A stretch of DNA of 64,000 nt, taken from assembly GCA_000708835.1 (NCBI GenBank), contig DF237302.1:31500-95499 (forward strand), written 5' to 3'. The notes beneath the pieces are model-generated. The model saw nothing but the letters and a program-made list of their open reading frames with translations. It did no database searches and was not told the DNA's origin. Shown here one piece after another: positions 12,874 through 24,600 of the stretch (positions within the stretch are counted from its first letter, which is position 1; each line of letters starts with the position of its first letter). The position numbers were made by a program, and so were the translations under genes. Source of the DNA: Klebsormidium nitens (taxonomy: Eukaryota; Plantae; Klebsormidiophyceae).

Positions 12874-13672
12874 TATAGCGTTAGTGAGCACCAGACGGTA
12901 GGGCCCGGCCTGACCAGCTATCATACCAAGTATAAAGCTTCACATGACATGGCCCGGCCGCTGCCACGTGGGCCGCGCGCTGCGCCTGTCCGGCCGGCCG
13001 CCATTAATCAATACATGCATTAACATGTGCCAGTGGGACCGCCTCATGAGCCTCATCGAGCATGGTCGTGTGGAAAGGGGGATAGTAAGGCCGGCGAGCC
13101 CCGCTGGGGCCGCCGTATTAAGCATCAGTGGGTGTTCGATGCACATACGGTAGCTAGCAATACATCAAACAAGCTTCATAGCTCGTATAGACGGCGGGCT
13201 TATGACCGGGCATGAGCTTGAAGGCGGCAGTCATGCGCTGAAAGCGATCAAGCATGACGCCGGGCCGGCGGCATGACAGGGACTGACTGCACGCGTGGCT
13301 GCGCGCCCGCCTGATCGACAGGCCCGCTGGACCTGTCCAATCCCAATCGCGGGCCCCATGAACAAGTGTTCAGATTCGAGGACTGCCGGCCTGGCATCAA
13401 CTTCACAGACCGCAGCTGTTTGCTCTCTGAGAGCGACTTACTGTACTCGGCTTCCCTCTTGCATCTTCCAAGAGGTGCTTGCTCATTGTCGAAACCATTG
13501 AAATGGCTGCTGTATGGCTTGTAACACTACAGTTATTTTTGATTTGACAGTCCTGTCCTCAGACAGACCGGACTGAGGCTATTGGATGCAAGCGAACTTC
13601 ATAAACGCCCGCGATTCGAACTTTTGAAGTGAACAACTGAAGACTATCTAGCGCGCAACACTATATAACGGA

Positions 13673-16600
13673 TCAACTACAGCACGATCGCTTTGGAGGG
13701 GCTTTCGGCCGTTCATCAATGATGAGAGTCCCTTGTCGTCGAGGTACGAGAGTGGACTCGACGGCTTCTGCAGCGGCGGCTGCTCGTCGTTTGCTGACGA
13801 GTGCACCTGAACAACCCGTCAGATCTTTTGGTCCACGTGTCACAGGGACAAACTTGCACATCGTTGACAGTCAGAGTCGGACCAACCTCGATCCTACTCG
13901 GCGTTCTAACCTTCAATGGTTATCGGATTTGGCTTGCAGATGCGGCTCATCTGAAATGTGTACTTGCTGAAAGGATCCCAAGTTGGCACACGATGCTCAG
14001 ATTCAGAACACTATCTTTCATAATCAGAACTAGCATGGGTTCTCACAGCCTCAAAATAAGGGAGACGACTTCAATGTCTCAAAGCATAAGGTCTCAACTT
14101 CGATGGAGGAGGACGCCTGACTCACGCTTTGCAAGATCTTGGAAGACCGCGTCGATGCCTTTATTGAGCTTTGCCGATGTCGTGAAGTGAGAAGCTCCAA
14201 TTGATTCAGCGTACCTGCAGGTAAAGCATGGCGATGAGAACTAAAATGCCTTGCAGCACAAGCGGACTGCCAACAAACAAGGCAACAGAGGCGCCCGTTC
14301 GTCAACGGTCCCGTCCTCATTCATCGTATGTGGACGGATCAAAAGTTCCCGAAGGGCCGCGCAATAGTTCTGCAGTACTCAGGTTTGATCAAATGGACCG
14401 TCTGCTTGCATTCCCAAAATCTACAAAACCTGTGAAAACAGCCATGCGGGAAGGAGAGCTGCCACAGCAAGACAGAAAGCGAACAACATCGTTAAATATA
14501 TACCAACGGGAGCTTATGCTGGTATGTATGTTGGCTTTTCTGTAGTGAAATCGTCCCTACCATTGTTACATGGAAGCAAATGGGCGGATTCTCGAATAAG
14601 CCAATTGGAGGGCGTGTCACTCCCTGGTCTGGAGACGCGCTCTTCTGCTACCAGTTTCGTTTTGCCCTCGAGCTTCCAGTGCCTTGTTACAGGGTTGAAA
14701 ACGGCAGGGACAAAGGCAAGCCTACAGTTCGATACTGCCTTTGTCCCTGCAAGGCTACAATTCAACTCCCATTGCAAACCCTCTGGAATTCTCGAATCAT
14801 CAAATGCTGTGCGTTGACAGGCAGGTCGGGGCCTGAATCAGTATTGTGGCGGCAAGCGGCAGATTACGGAGCTAGGCTACAATCGGGCTTGTTTGGGTGA
14901 AGGGTGGCATCAAGGCGAGGACGTGGCGTCATGCTGTTAGGAGCAGGGGCCTTCATCACTGTGCCAACTGACGATCGAAGAAAGACGTTTCATCGGGTTC
15001 TGATCTACAATTCTAAAGGCAAAAGAGGAAGCACTGAAGGATGGTGGGAGAGTTGCGATCAGATGCCTTAAATGTGTTGCCCGGTCGGCCTTGAAAAAAT
15101 ATGGTACGATCTGCCTGATTCTTACATTACGAAGCCTTCCGTATATGAGCGACGCACAGAATGCAAACAACCGAGGGGGACGACAGAACACAAAGATGAG
15201 AATTTTCACTCTGACACTTGAACAGGGACCACCCTTCGCTGTCAGTCAGGCAGCTCTCCTCTTCGTTGCCGCTGCAACCGACGTACCAATGAGGACAAAG
15301 ACCAATTTTAAGATCCCGTCAGGACGACCAAGGCAATGTTCAGACTTAAAGGCCAGAGGCCGGATCGGATAAATATTTCAAACTACGAAGTTCACAACAC
15401 ATCTGCCTGAAACAATACAGCAACCATCGAGACTGAAAACTTTGTGTGCACTGAAAACTGGAACAAATCTCCTACGCTGCTAGCCGCCAATGTAAGGCTC
15501 TTGCGACTGGATCAAAAGCGGAACAAAAGTGGGTGTAGACTTTGCTCGTCATTGGTCTCAATGCAGCCAATGGAGCTTTGGGCTCACAAGCCCAGGCCCT
15601 TGAACCATTAAAGCTGCTCAAGGAAACAAACGCAGAAGGAACGGAAAGAACGCTCTACCGTTCAGTGCATGACGAAAGCTGAAAGACCCAACTCCTGTCC
15701 GTAAATTTTCTTCGAAGCCAATCGAAAAAACAAGCGGCTGCAACAAACCGACGAAAATAGCGCGCAGCCCTCTGCAGAACACTGAAGGGAGCAACCCGGG
15801 TGATCGACTGAGCGCACCAGTACTTTGAGACAAGCCGCTCGCTTCACTCCAATACCTTTAGTGCCAATGATTGTCAGTAACGACTTTATGCATCAGACGT
15901 CAGCAAGCATACAGCTGACACCTGCGCGCGCTTAAGGCAGAGGACCGCCAGAACTCGTTGCGCGAGTGATGTTTTCAAAGTAGTCCTGTAAGAGTTACGA
16001 GGGGTTGCTTTCAGGGGCAACGGAACGACGCACTTAGGGCGCCAGACGTTCGCTCAACATATCAGGCACGGTGGAAAGAAGACCTGTACACTTCGTGTAG
16101 GCCTCACGGATTGACTTCGTTGAAAAGCATAACGTGGAAACCACGAATCGAGTTGGGTTCCAGGGCATAGCCTCGGCAGTCGGGGCATTCTGCGTGTGCT
16201 CTGGAATGGGCGTCAAACCGAATTGACAATATGCCTGAGGAGTAGAGTATCACCCCTCAGTAATCGCAGTCTTCACTGCCGTCCTGTGCCGCTCGAATTT
16301 AGGGACACAAAAGGACAGCAGGCTCGTGCAAACAGTCTTGTATCTCGTCAAGAAAGTGGTCACGGTCCCGACCCGACGACCCCGGAAGCATAACAACTTC
16401 GCTCAGAGTAACAATCAAGGTGCGGTGCTATTCTTGTTAGCGTAACCTCTGAAGGCATAAACCTTATCCTGGGCAGGCAAGTGAAGGAGCAGGCGAACGC
16501 ACACTTTGTCGTAGCCAGACTCATGAGGGGAATATCAAGTTTTACATTCGCTTTGGAGGTGAAGTTGCGATGCTGTTTCAGGCTTCTTGGAAGAGATGCC

Positions 16601-19600
16601 CACTGAGACGTCCACTACTGCCTTCTCCGTTTCGACAAACGCTGGAAGTCGATGAACAAGTTGCATCAGCTGCTCATAACGGAGAGAAGGCAAATATTCA
16701 GAACCGTCAATATGGTTAGGCTTAATCACCAGCGGATGCTCCAGACCGAAGCCCCGTTGCCGGTGGTGGTTTTTCCCCTCGCCTTGTGCAATCGTACAAC
16801 TGGCGTCAGGATTAGAATCTGTCAAGCGCAAGTGTGGTGCTCAAGTCGAGCCCCCACCGCTGCCATAACTCGTCCCTGCCATCCAATCTTCCACTCCGAA
16901 AAGAAAGTAGAAAGAGTAAACACGTGGTTCTCAGATTTGTGACGTACCCGCATTAACAGGTTGATATTTAGGGGCCTCAATGGCACGGCAAAGCGTGTCT
17001 CTTAAACCAGCGCGACAGCATCCGTAAGCAGGTGGTTGCAGCAAATCTGCCAGGTTCAGTCGTCGCCGGTAAAGGATTTTAAATGAGAGAGTACGGTTTC
17101 AAGCGAACGCACATCAATCTCGAAGTCAGCTGGATCGTATATACTGCCTCACAAGGATTCACAGCCGATGTTGCCACAGTCTCAAGGCAATCTGGAACTC
17201 CGATACCAGCCAGCCATCAGAAGGGTCCAACTGACATATGCAACATTTCCTACCACTCTTTGGGAAAGAATAAAAACACACTCACAGTGTCACGCCAGTG
17301 TGGCAACACATGAGATAGACTCGTATTCAATCTTCTTTACCACATCGCGGCCATATTTGTAGCTCGGCATTTGTCTGTGGAATGCCAACAACAGTCGTGT
17401 AATGATTCCCCCGAAATAAGTGGGCAGACATTGCCCTAAGATCCAAACCCCGAGGCAGAATGGGTGAGCTTATGTTGGTGATGAGTCTCAGCACCTAAGG
17501 TTGGCGTCGAAAATCTTGCTGTCAATGTCGGAGGTTTGCTTTACGCAGACTTCAAGCTTTCATTGCCAGCCGCGCCCTAAAGTCAAGTTCGTTCGGAACA
17601 GAGTATAAGGGGCTACGTGGAAAACAACCAGTGCAAACATGATGACATGCTGCATGCAAGTCATGTCAACTTTGCATCTGCCAGACACGTTCATTCCGAA
17701 TTGACATAAGCAGGCCACAAGAAGGTCAAAAGCATGATCGTCCTTAGGCGGCGACAATAAACCAAGGCCTTCTCCATATGGGAAGAGAAGCGACCTCAAG
17801 GCAAGCATTCTGTTGCATGAGCATTCCAAGTTGCGAAGACATGCATTCATGTCATCGACAATGCTCAATTTAAGATACGGTATGTCGAAGAAAAGCGTTG
17901 TCGAAAAAGCATCGCAGCAAGGAATTGGGTTAAACAAGGAGAGGCCATATGGAGTCTGGCGGAGCAAACGGATCAAAAGCGGAACACACTCGCCATCAAG
18001 GCGCGCTTATCGTCTGGCCTTAGTGTGAAGACCGCGGCCGTGGGCTTCTGAGCCCAGGCCCTTATCATAACCAGCCCTTAATTAATAGAAAGGGCAGACA
18101 ACTCTGCCGTAATGGAACCTGAAACACTTGATCTTAGAAAAAGCATTTCCAAGAACCCGAGAGAGCGCGCGCTTCAGCCTTCCGCAGAACAAATCTAAGC
18201 TCATATAGCGACGCACGCAGTCGGCTGAGCACCGCTTTCTCTCTAACAAAAGCCGCTCGCCGCTTGCCGCTTTAGAGAGCACTGAGGTATGTTATCGGGG
18301 GCAACATCACTCTGTGCAGCGGAGGTTAGCAACAAGAATACTACAGCAATTATTTACACGCACACACAAGACGGTTATCTGCTCGAAGTGGAATCACGAG
18401 TGAACGTGATAAGGCATTGGTGCACCCACAGACTGGCTCCGCAAAATGCACACAATCAGGGCGGTTTGAGGGACAATAATACGGACGTACTTAAGGCGCC
18501 AAAAGCGCCCATACACGCGGTCGTTATGAGCGCTTCACGGCTTGACGGAGTTCAACGCCATAAAGCGAAAGTCAGGGGGAAAAGTTGGGTCCCTATGGAT
18601 GGGCTCAGGAGTCGGGGCTTACAGACGGGCGTCAGACCCAAACGGGTGCGCTTGTGAGGCGGACACCGTCAGACCCTCAGTCATGACAGTCTATCTATTG
18701 CCGCTCAGCAGCAATTCGGACCCAATCGAACAACAGGCTTGCGCAAAAATATTGTACTTCCGTCAAAAGAGGTTGTGCTGGTCCAGATTCGACGATACAG
18801 GGAGCATAAGTTGCAAAACAAATCCGCTCAGAAGACAACATTGACAAGGGGCTGTGCGGCTCTCCATAGTAGAATGACCCAGACAGAAAAGCAAGGGGGG
18901 GCTGTCATTAGTAGTGGACCCCTGTACTCAATTTACCTCCATGTCAAGCGGTTCGTCAATCCGATTCCTGCCACTTTAGAAGGTTTGCAGTTCTGAACTG
19001 GTTGTCTTGGTCTGCCTTGTTTGGAGTCCTTGACAATTCCTAAGTTACATATCTTCAGCAGAAAATGAAAAAGGTTCCTTATCCTCCCCCTGAGAAATTT
19101 GCAGCCACGGACAGGGAGGTTTGCGATGATGTTTCGTTGATTTACAATGATGTGCGAAGAGCAGCAATTACTTGCTTGAGTATGGCACGCTCACTCTGTC
19201 TGTTCGGTCAAGTCCAGTTCTTCTTGCCGGTCCAGGTCGATCTTGTTCCCAGCAATCGCCAGCACAATGTTCCGGCCCGCCATTTTCTTGAGCTCCTTAA
19301 CCCAGCTCTTAACCCGGTCAAAACTGTCCTTGTCGGTGACATCATAGACGAGGAGAGCGGCTGCAGAAGAAACGTCTCCAAGTTTCAGTGGAGGTCAAAA
19401 AACGAGGAGCTACATACTCCCCCATGCTTAGTGCGTGCTTCGCTCCGAGGGAGAGAAGGAGAAAGTGGTGAGCAACCGGACTCTGCCTCCGTCGGTCTTC
19501 AAAGATTCCCCAGGCTACTGTGTTGCCCCCCAGAGAAGACGCAAGGGAAGCAATGCAATCATTGCTTACTAACTTTATCGTGGATATCAAACCGCGAAGG

Positions 19601-20998
19601 AAGCCGCGTTCAACCCCAACAGAAGAGGCACGAAATATATAAGATGCTCTGTATGACCAACCTATGACTTTGAAAACAGTCTGATTACTATTCTCATGTG
19701 GAATGAACCTGCCTTCCTTCCCCAATCTTGTGCATACTTCCGCCTTTTTTAGTTGCAAGGATCTGCTTTCCGCGATTGCCTATTTCCTCTGAAGGGGCAA
19801 GCATTGCAAAGTCACTGATCAAAGTAAGACAAATAGGAACAAAAGCTTTCTTACTAGAGACTACTGTATTTGCAGAAATCTTTGCCCGAACAAAACATCG
19901 AGTCCTGTGACAATTCAACTCATTGAAGTCATCATCGAAGGTCGACTCACGCAAGAAACGCCATTTATGAGCCTGACTCAAATTTGAAGTTCAGTTCAAC
20001 GTCCACAACAAGACATAGACACAAAAAGGACATGGACTCACCATCGGCATCCCGATAATAGATTGGGCCTAACGAGTGGAACCTTTCCTGTCCCGCCGTA
20101 TCCTGTAGCCCACCAACCAGAGTATGTTCAACTTCGCCGGTCCAATGATGAAAGCTCAACTGCCAATAACCCAGTCGAGCATGGCTCACATGGGAAGACG
20201 GCACACATTGCTTTTTGAGGAGGCCCCGCAGGAAAGCTGATGTGAATTATGGGAGACTTGGGGAAGAAATCCACAATGATGATCAAACTCAATGCTTGAA
20301 TGCCAAGCTGGGCAAAACCTTAGCAACAAAGTACTAAGCAAGCGGCAACTCTGAATTCTGTCTTTGACAGACACACACAGCAGGCATCAACCAAGGCGAT
20401 TTTACTTTTTGGGCTTCCATGACACCCTCCAGGATCTTTCTGCTGAATCCTTCAAATTAGGGGTTTTATTTCTTCAGGATCAGCACTACATTGACAGAGA
20501 AGGAAATGTTCTAAGCATATGCAAAGTGAGAACTCACCCAGATGGACAGGGCAACAGAAGTTTCTGCATCAACCAACACCTTCTTTGAGAGGAAGGATGC
20601 CTGGATGGTGGCTTGCTGTGTGTCAGAAAATTCGTCCTTGGCAAAGCGGAGGAGAAGTGATGTCTTCCCCACGCGGCCTGAAGCAGAGAGTGGCTCTGAT
20701 CAACAAAAGAAGCTCCACCATCACGACAAAAGGACGAGATAGCACCGGAACAGCAGGGAGCTATTAAGCTCAAAAGGGTATCAGACTCTATCCAGAACAG
20801 CTGGGGGAGCGGCTCTTCTCAAACTGGAAACAAAAGCTAAGAGCTTTTGTTGCAAGGCTGCAAGTACATCTCAACAGGGCGATGACTACGGCCCAAACTC
20901 AGAATCAACGTGCAGCGCTTAGATCGAATCAAGTAGCTCTACTCACCTTCTCCCAAAAGAACTACCTTCAGGTTCGCAGCAGGACTTGCAGCCCGCAT
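13673..20998 (-). CDS. RAB21: Rab GTPase, RAB21 subfamily (6 exons, 213 aa)
   Basis: Exons 20998-20947, 20677-20538, 20102-20042, 19360-19195, 14214-14126, 13806-13673 sum to 642 nt. Protein has [71 protein letters not shown] and C-terminal ..[16 protein letters not shown] (CC prenylation motif). EGRVGKTS, QASFL and LGPIYYRD are RAB21-type signatures. Confidence 0.93.
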
Positions 20999-21641
20999 CG
21001 TTCTGCTCCAAGCTGCCACAGCTGCTCAAAGCCCTAGGTATCTTGGGCTACACCGGACAGGGGCAAAGTGCTCTATCCGCTTCCAGCAGCCGCCCTTACA
21101 TGCCACGATACCTGCATGCAAGGGAATATTGCAACAACTGTCCCAGATCATAGATGAAATTGCATGAGCATGCCGTGTACAGGGGCCCAGACAGTCAGCA
21201 TTATGATACTGTATCAGATACATATACCTATACCCACTTTAATACTTTACCCACAGTCACCAGACTGCGGTGTGAACTGGAATCAACGCACTTTCAGCCA
21301 CTCGATCAGAAATTTGAACAGCATCGGACGGGGTAGGACGCCTATGTTTCAAAATTCAAACTCAGGGCCAAACGAGCACATCTATCACGATGGAATGCTC
21401 TGTAGAGCTTGGATATCTAGCATTCTGAGAACCCTTCTAAAAAGGGGCAATGCTTGAATGGCGTCATTTGTTCAGTGATTTTGAAAGGATTTAGAAATTC
21501 CTGATGCGCTAGGAAAGCTGCAGGGCCCGCTCTATTGTTTACCAAGTTTTTCAGATGCGCCATGCGCTGGTAATTTGGAGACACAGGGAGGGCTCATTTG
21601 AGAGGATGACCAATTGACAGCCATCTTTTCGTTTCTAGAAG

Positions 21642-24600
21642 ATGGGGGCGCCAAAGGTGCAGGATGCACCAGGAGAGATAGCTGCCCTAAAGCGGAAGCT
21701 TGAAGCGTTGAATTACATTGAAGGCGTTGAGGGTGTGAACGCATACTCGGCTCCTTTGACAAAGAGACTCCTAGACGATGTCGTGCATACCACTGAGAGA
21801 TACCGCTCTTTGAAGATGCAAGAAACTCGAAAGTCATACGAGCTGGAGAGCGAGAGGAAAAAGGCAGAACTTCTGCGGCAGGAGAATGGGAGGCTGCTGA
21901 AGGAGAACAACGAGTTGCACCTGGCCCGGATGAAGGACGCAGAGGCGAGCCGTGCAAACGAGAGGAGCAGCTGGCTAGCACAGAAGAAGTCGGAAGATGA
22001 GCTGGCGGAGCTGCGGTTCTGGAAAACGCAGGCCGCGAGCAGATTTGAAAGCTTGGAAAAGGAGAAGGATGGGTTACGATTGCAGCTACAGAAGCAGCTG
22101 GGAGGTACAGAGCCCCCCGCTCCAATTCACACCACCCTTCCCTTGCCACATCTGACCTGCAGGACATGTGTTTTAAAGCCTGAGCAGCTTCAGTACTGCA
22201 AGCACACTAACTGGTTACTTCATATACCGAATGGTTTAGCGTAGGCACACCTTGTCTCGGACGGAGCCTCGTCAGCCAAGCTGGCCTTGAAAGGTCTTTA
22301 TCTGCTTGGCGATCACGTGCTTGGTGTACACTTTATGAAGTCTGGACCTGTCTCATGCAGGTGATATGGATTTCACCATCTCTGATCCACTAGGTGAGCT
22401 CACTCTCAGAGTCTCAGCAAACGCAAAGCTGGTCATCTGGACGGCTGGCTGTTGGTTTGAATCAGTTGCATTTATAACAATGGGCAATGTGCTGAGGTTC
22501 TTACACAACATTTCAACCCTGTAATTTGTGACCCGTGTCTACCATGACGATATCGCCCCCACAGTGTTAAGAGTGCTTACATAACTGTGATACATTGTCT
22601 GCAGTCCCCCTGACAGACGAAGGTGCAGTGGCAAGATTACCTGCGGCCAAGTTGCCTGACTCAGGAGTAATTGACTTGGTCAGGTGAGTTTGTGTCGCAA
22701 TTTCTTGGTGACTGATCATGAGTACTTCGGTGGTCCCTCAAGAGCTGGGCATGAAGTTGCAAATGATGGATTTACAGATCAATTATTATGAATAAAACAA
22801 AGGCAACAAAAGCCACAAGAGGGAAGAACGGGGGGCTCGGGAGGGCGGCATTCGAACAAAGAAGAGGGGGCTGCAGCACTATACCTCACTCACAAATGAG
22901 ATGGCTCGCAACTCAAAACAGAATTGCTTGATTTATTGGCAACTCGAGTGTGCCGGTCAACTGCTGCGTGCAACACTAGAAGAAGCCATTGAAACCATCT
23001 GAATGCTGTTCAATAGGCGTTGGTTGAAAACACGACAAGTGTGTCCATTCTCGCTCTTAGCAGTGAAAGGGGCATTCTCAAGTCTGGGTGTCACCTCTCT
23101 TAAAACTGCTTTAAGTGTACAAGTGGTTGGACTCGGCTGTCAAAATATAATACATGTGAGACAGAGTCTGCTGTAAAACCTGCCCTTTTGGCACTTTTGC
23201 CAGGCTGTCAGACGAGAGGGCGGCCACCAGCGCCGAGCAGATCGCTTTCCTGCAGGCCCAGCAAGCAGAGCTCAGCGAGTTGCTGTCGACAGCGCAGGTT
23301 TGACTTTGACACATTAAAAGCTTTATCAGCGTTGTGCCAATCCATTTCGATCCCTGCTGCAATCTGCCGTCTTGCTAGTAGCCTGCACCAGCCACCGCTT
23401 TGCCGATTCTGTAAAACTGTTTTGGAACTAAAAGGTGTTGCCTGTCGTTGTAGCCCAGGGTAATCTGCATGATAGAGTGACCCAGGTATCACTTCTCCTG
23501 ATGCATAACTTGGCTTTACAGGCTACGGTGCAAGCACGAGAAGAGGAAGTTCAGCGCTTGACACGATTGCTGGAGGGGGGCCGCAATGTTGACGACCTCT
23601 CCGCAGGTGCGTGCAATACTACCCATAGAGCAGGCCCTTTGTAGTATGCGCTGTCTTTGAGTTCCTCGAAGAGAGCAATCTGAATTTGATCATGCTTATT
23701 AAGCCTAGGTGAGATCTTACAAGTCAAAAACGGCTTCCGGTTCTTGTGTTCGGATCCTAACGGCTGGAAAATCTCCAAGCCCCTCTCCTTGTTGCCCTCA
23801 GTCATACATCTGGTCCCTGTCTGTGCTTTCAAACCTAATGCAGGAGTCGTACACGAAGCACAGCGCTGTCAATGAGAAGGCCGATGGAGGTCCTGCTCTC
23901 GGACTTGCTTGCACAGATTGCCATAACACTGACCATAACCAGAAGACACTTCCATACCTACATACATAACTTCTTGCTTCCTTACTTACACGATTTCTTG
24001 CAGAGCACGAGAAGAAAGCGGCAGAGGAGCTCCTCACTTCCTTGAATCACCAAGTGGAGTACATGACGAAAGAACTGGCCGCGTTTGACGAGGTGAGGGT
24101 CACATTTTTACAATGACTTAGCAGTACGATTTTCGGAAGGGGCTGAAGTCTCTCTTGGGACTGTGTCCAATTGACCCATACGAGGCCGACCTGCTGCATC
24201 ATTAGTGTTCCTGCGATTCATCAACCCGTCCTGCACACTCCACAGTAATATTGCTCTCATAACACGTCACTGGAAGACCATGCCCTCTCACTTCGTTTAG
24301 GTTTAAAACATGCTAGTCGAAGATCAGACCCTTTTCCTCACCTGTCCTTAGTCCCTGTCTGTTTCGTACAGGTGTCCAAGAAGAAGGAGGAGGCAGAGCA
24401 GCGGTTGCAGCAGGCGGAGGCTAGGGTCAAGGCCTTGACCGACGAGGTGGCCGAGCAGGAATCTCAAGCCAAGAAGGTACGAATGGGCAGCGGCACGCAC
24501 GTTTTGTTTGTCGATTGAGAGTTGACGCGACTTGTCAAATACTGTGATGTTGGGAAAACGACGTACGGTGTTTGGTGTGCGCCAACCATGCTCTTGCAAA

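Noticed and set aside
12899-13357. Possible hAT element (TAGGGCCCG ... CGGGCCCCA)
   Set aside because: Only an 8/9-nt inverted match and no 8-bp TSD.
18124-18137. 14-nt match to U2 snRNA (CTAAGATCAAGTGT, minus strand)
   Set aside because: The following branch-pairing AGTA, the 5' end and the Sm site are absent, so this is a chance match.
18560-18625. GAAAGTC...GGGGCTTAC resembling RNase MRP/P conserved regions
   Set aside because: Only ~45 nt apart, and the P4 pairing (GTCCCC with GGGGC) is missing.
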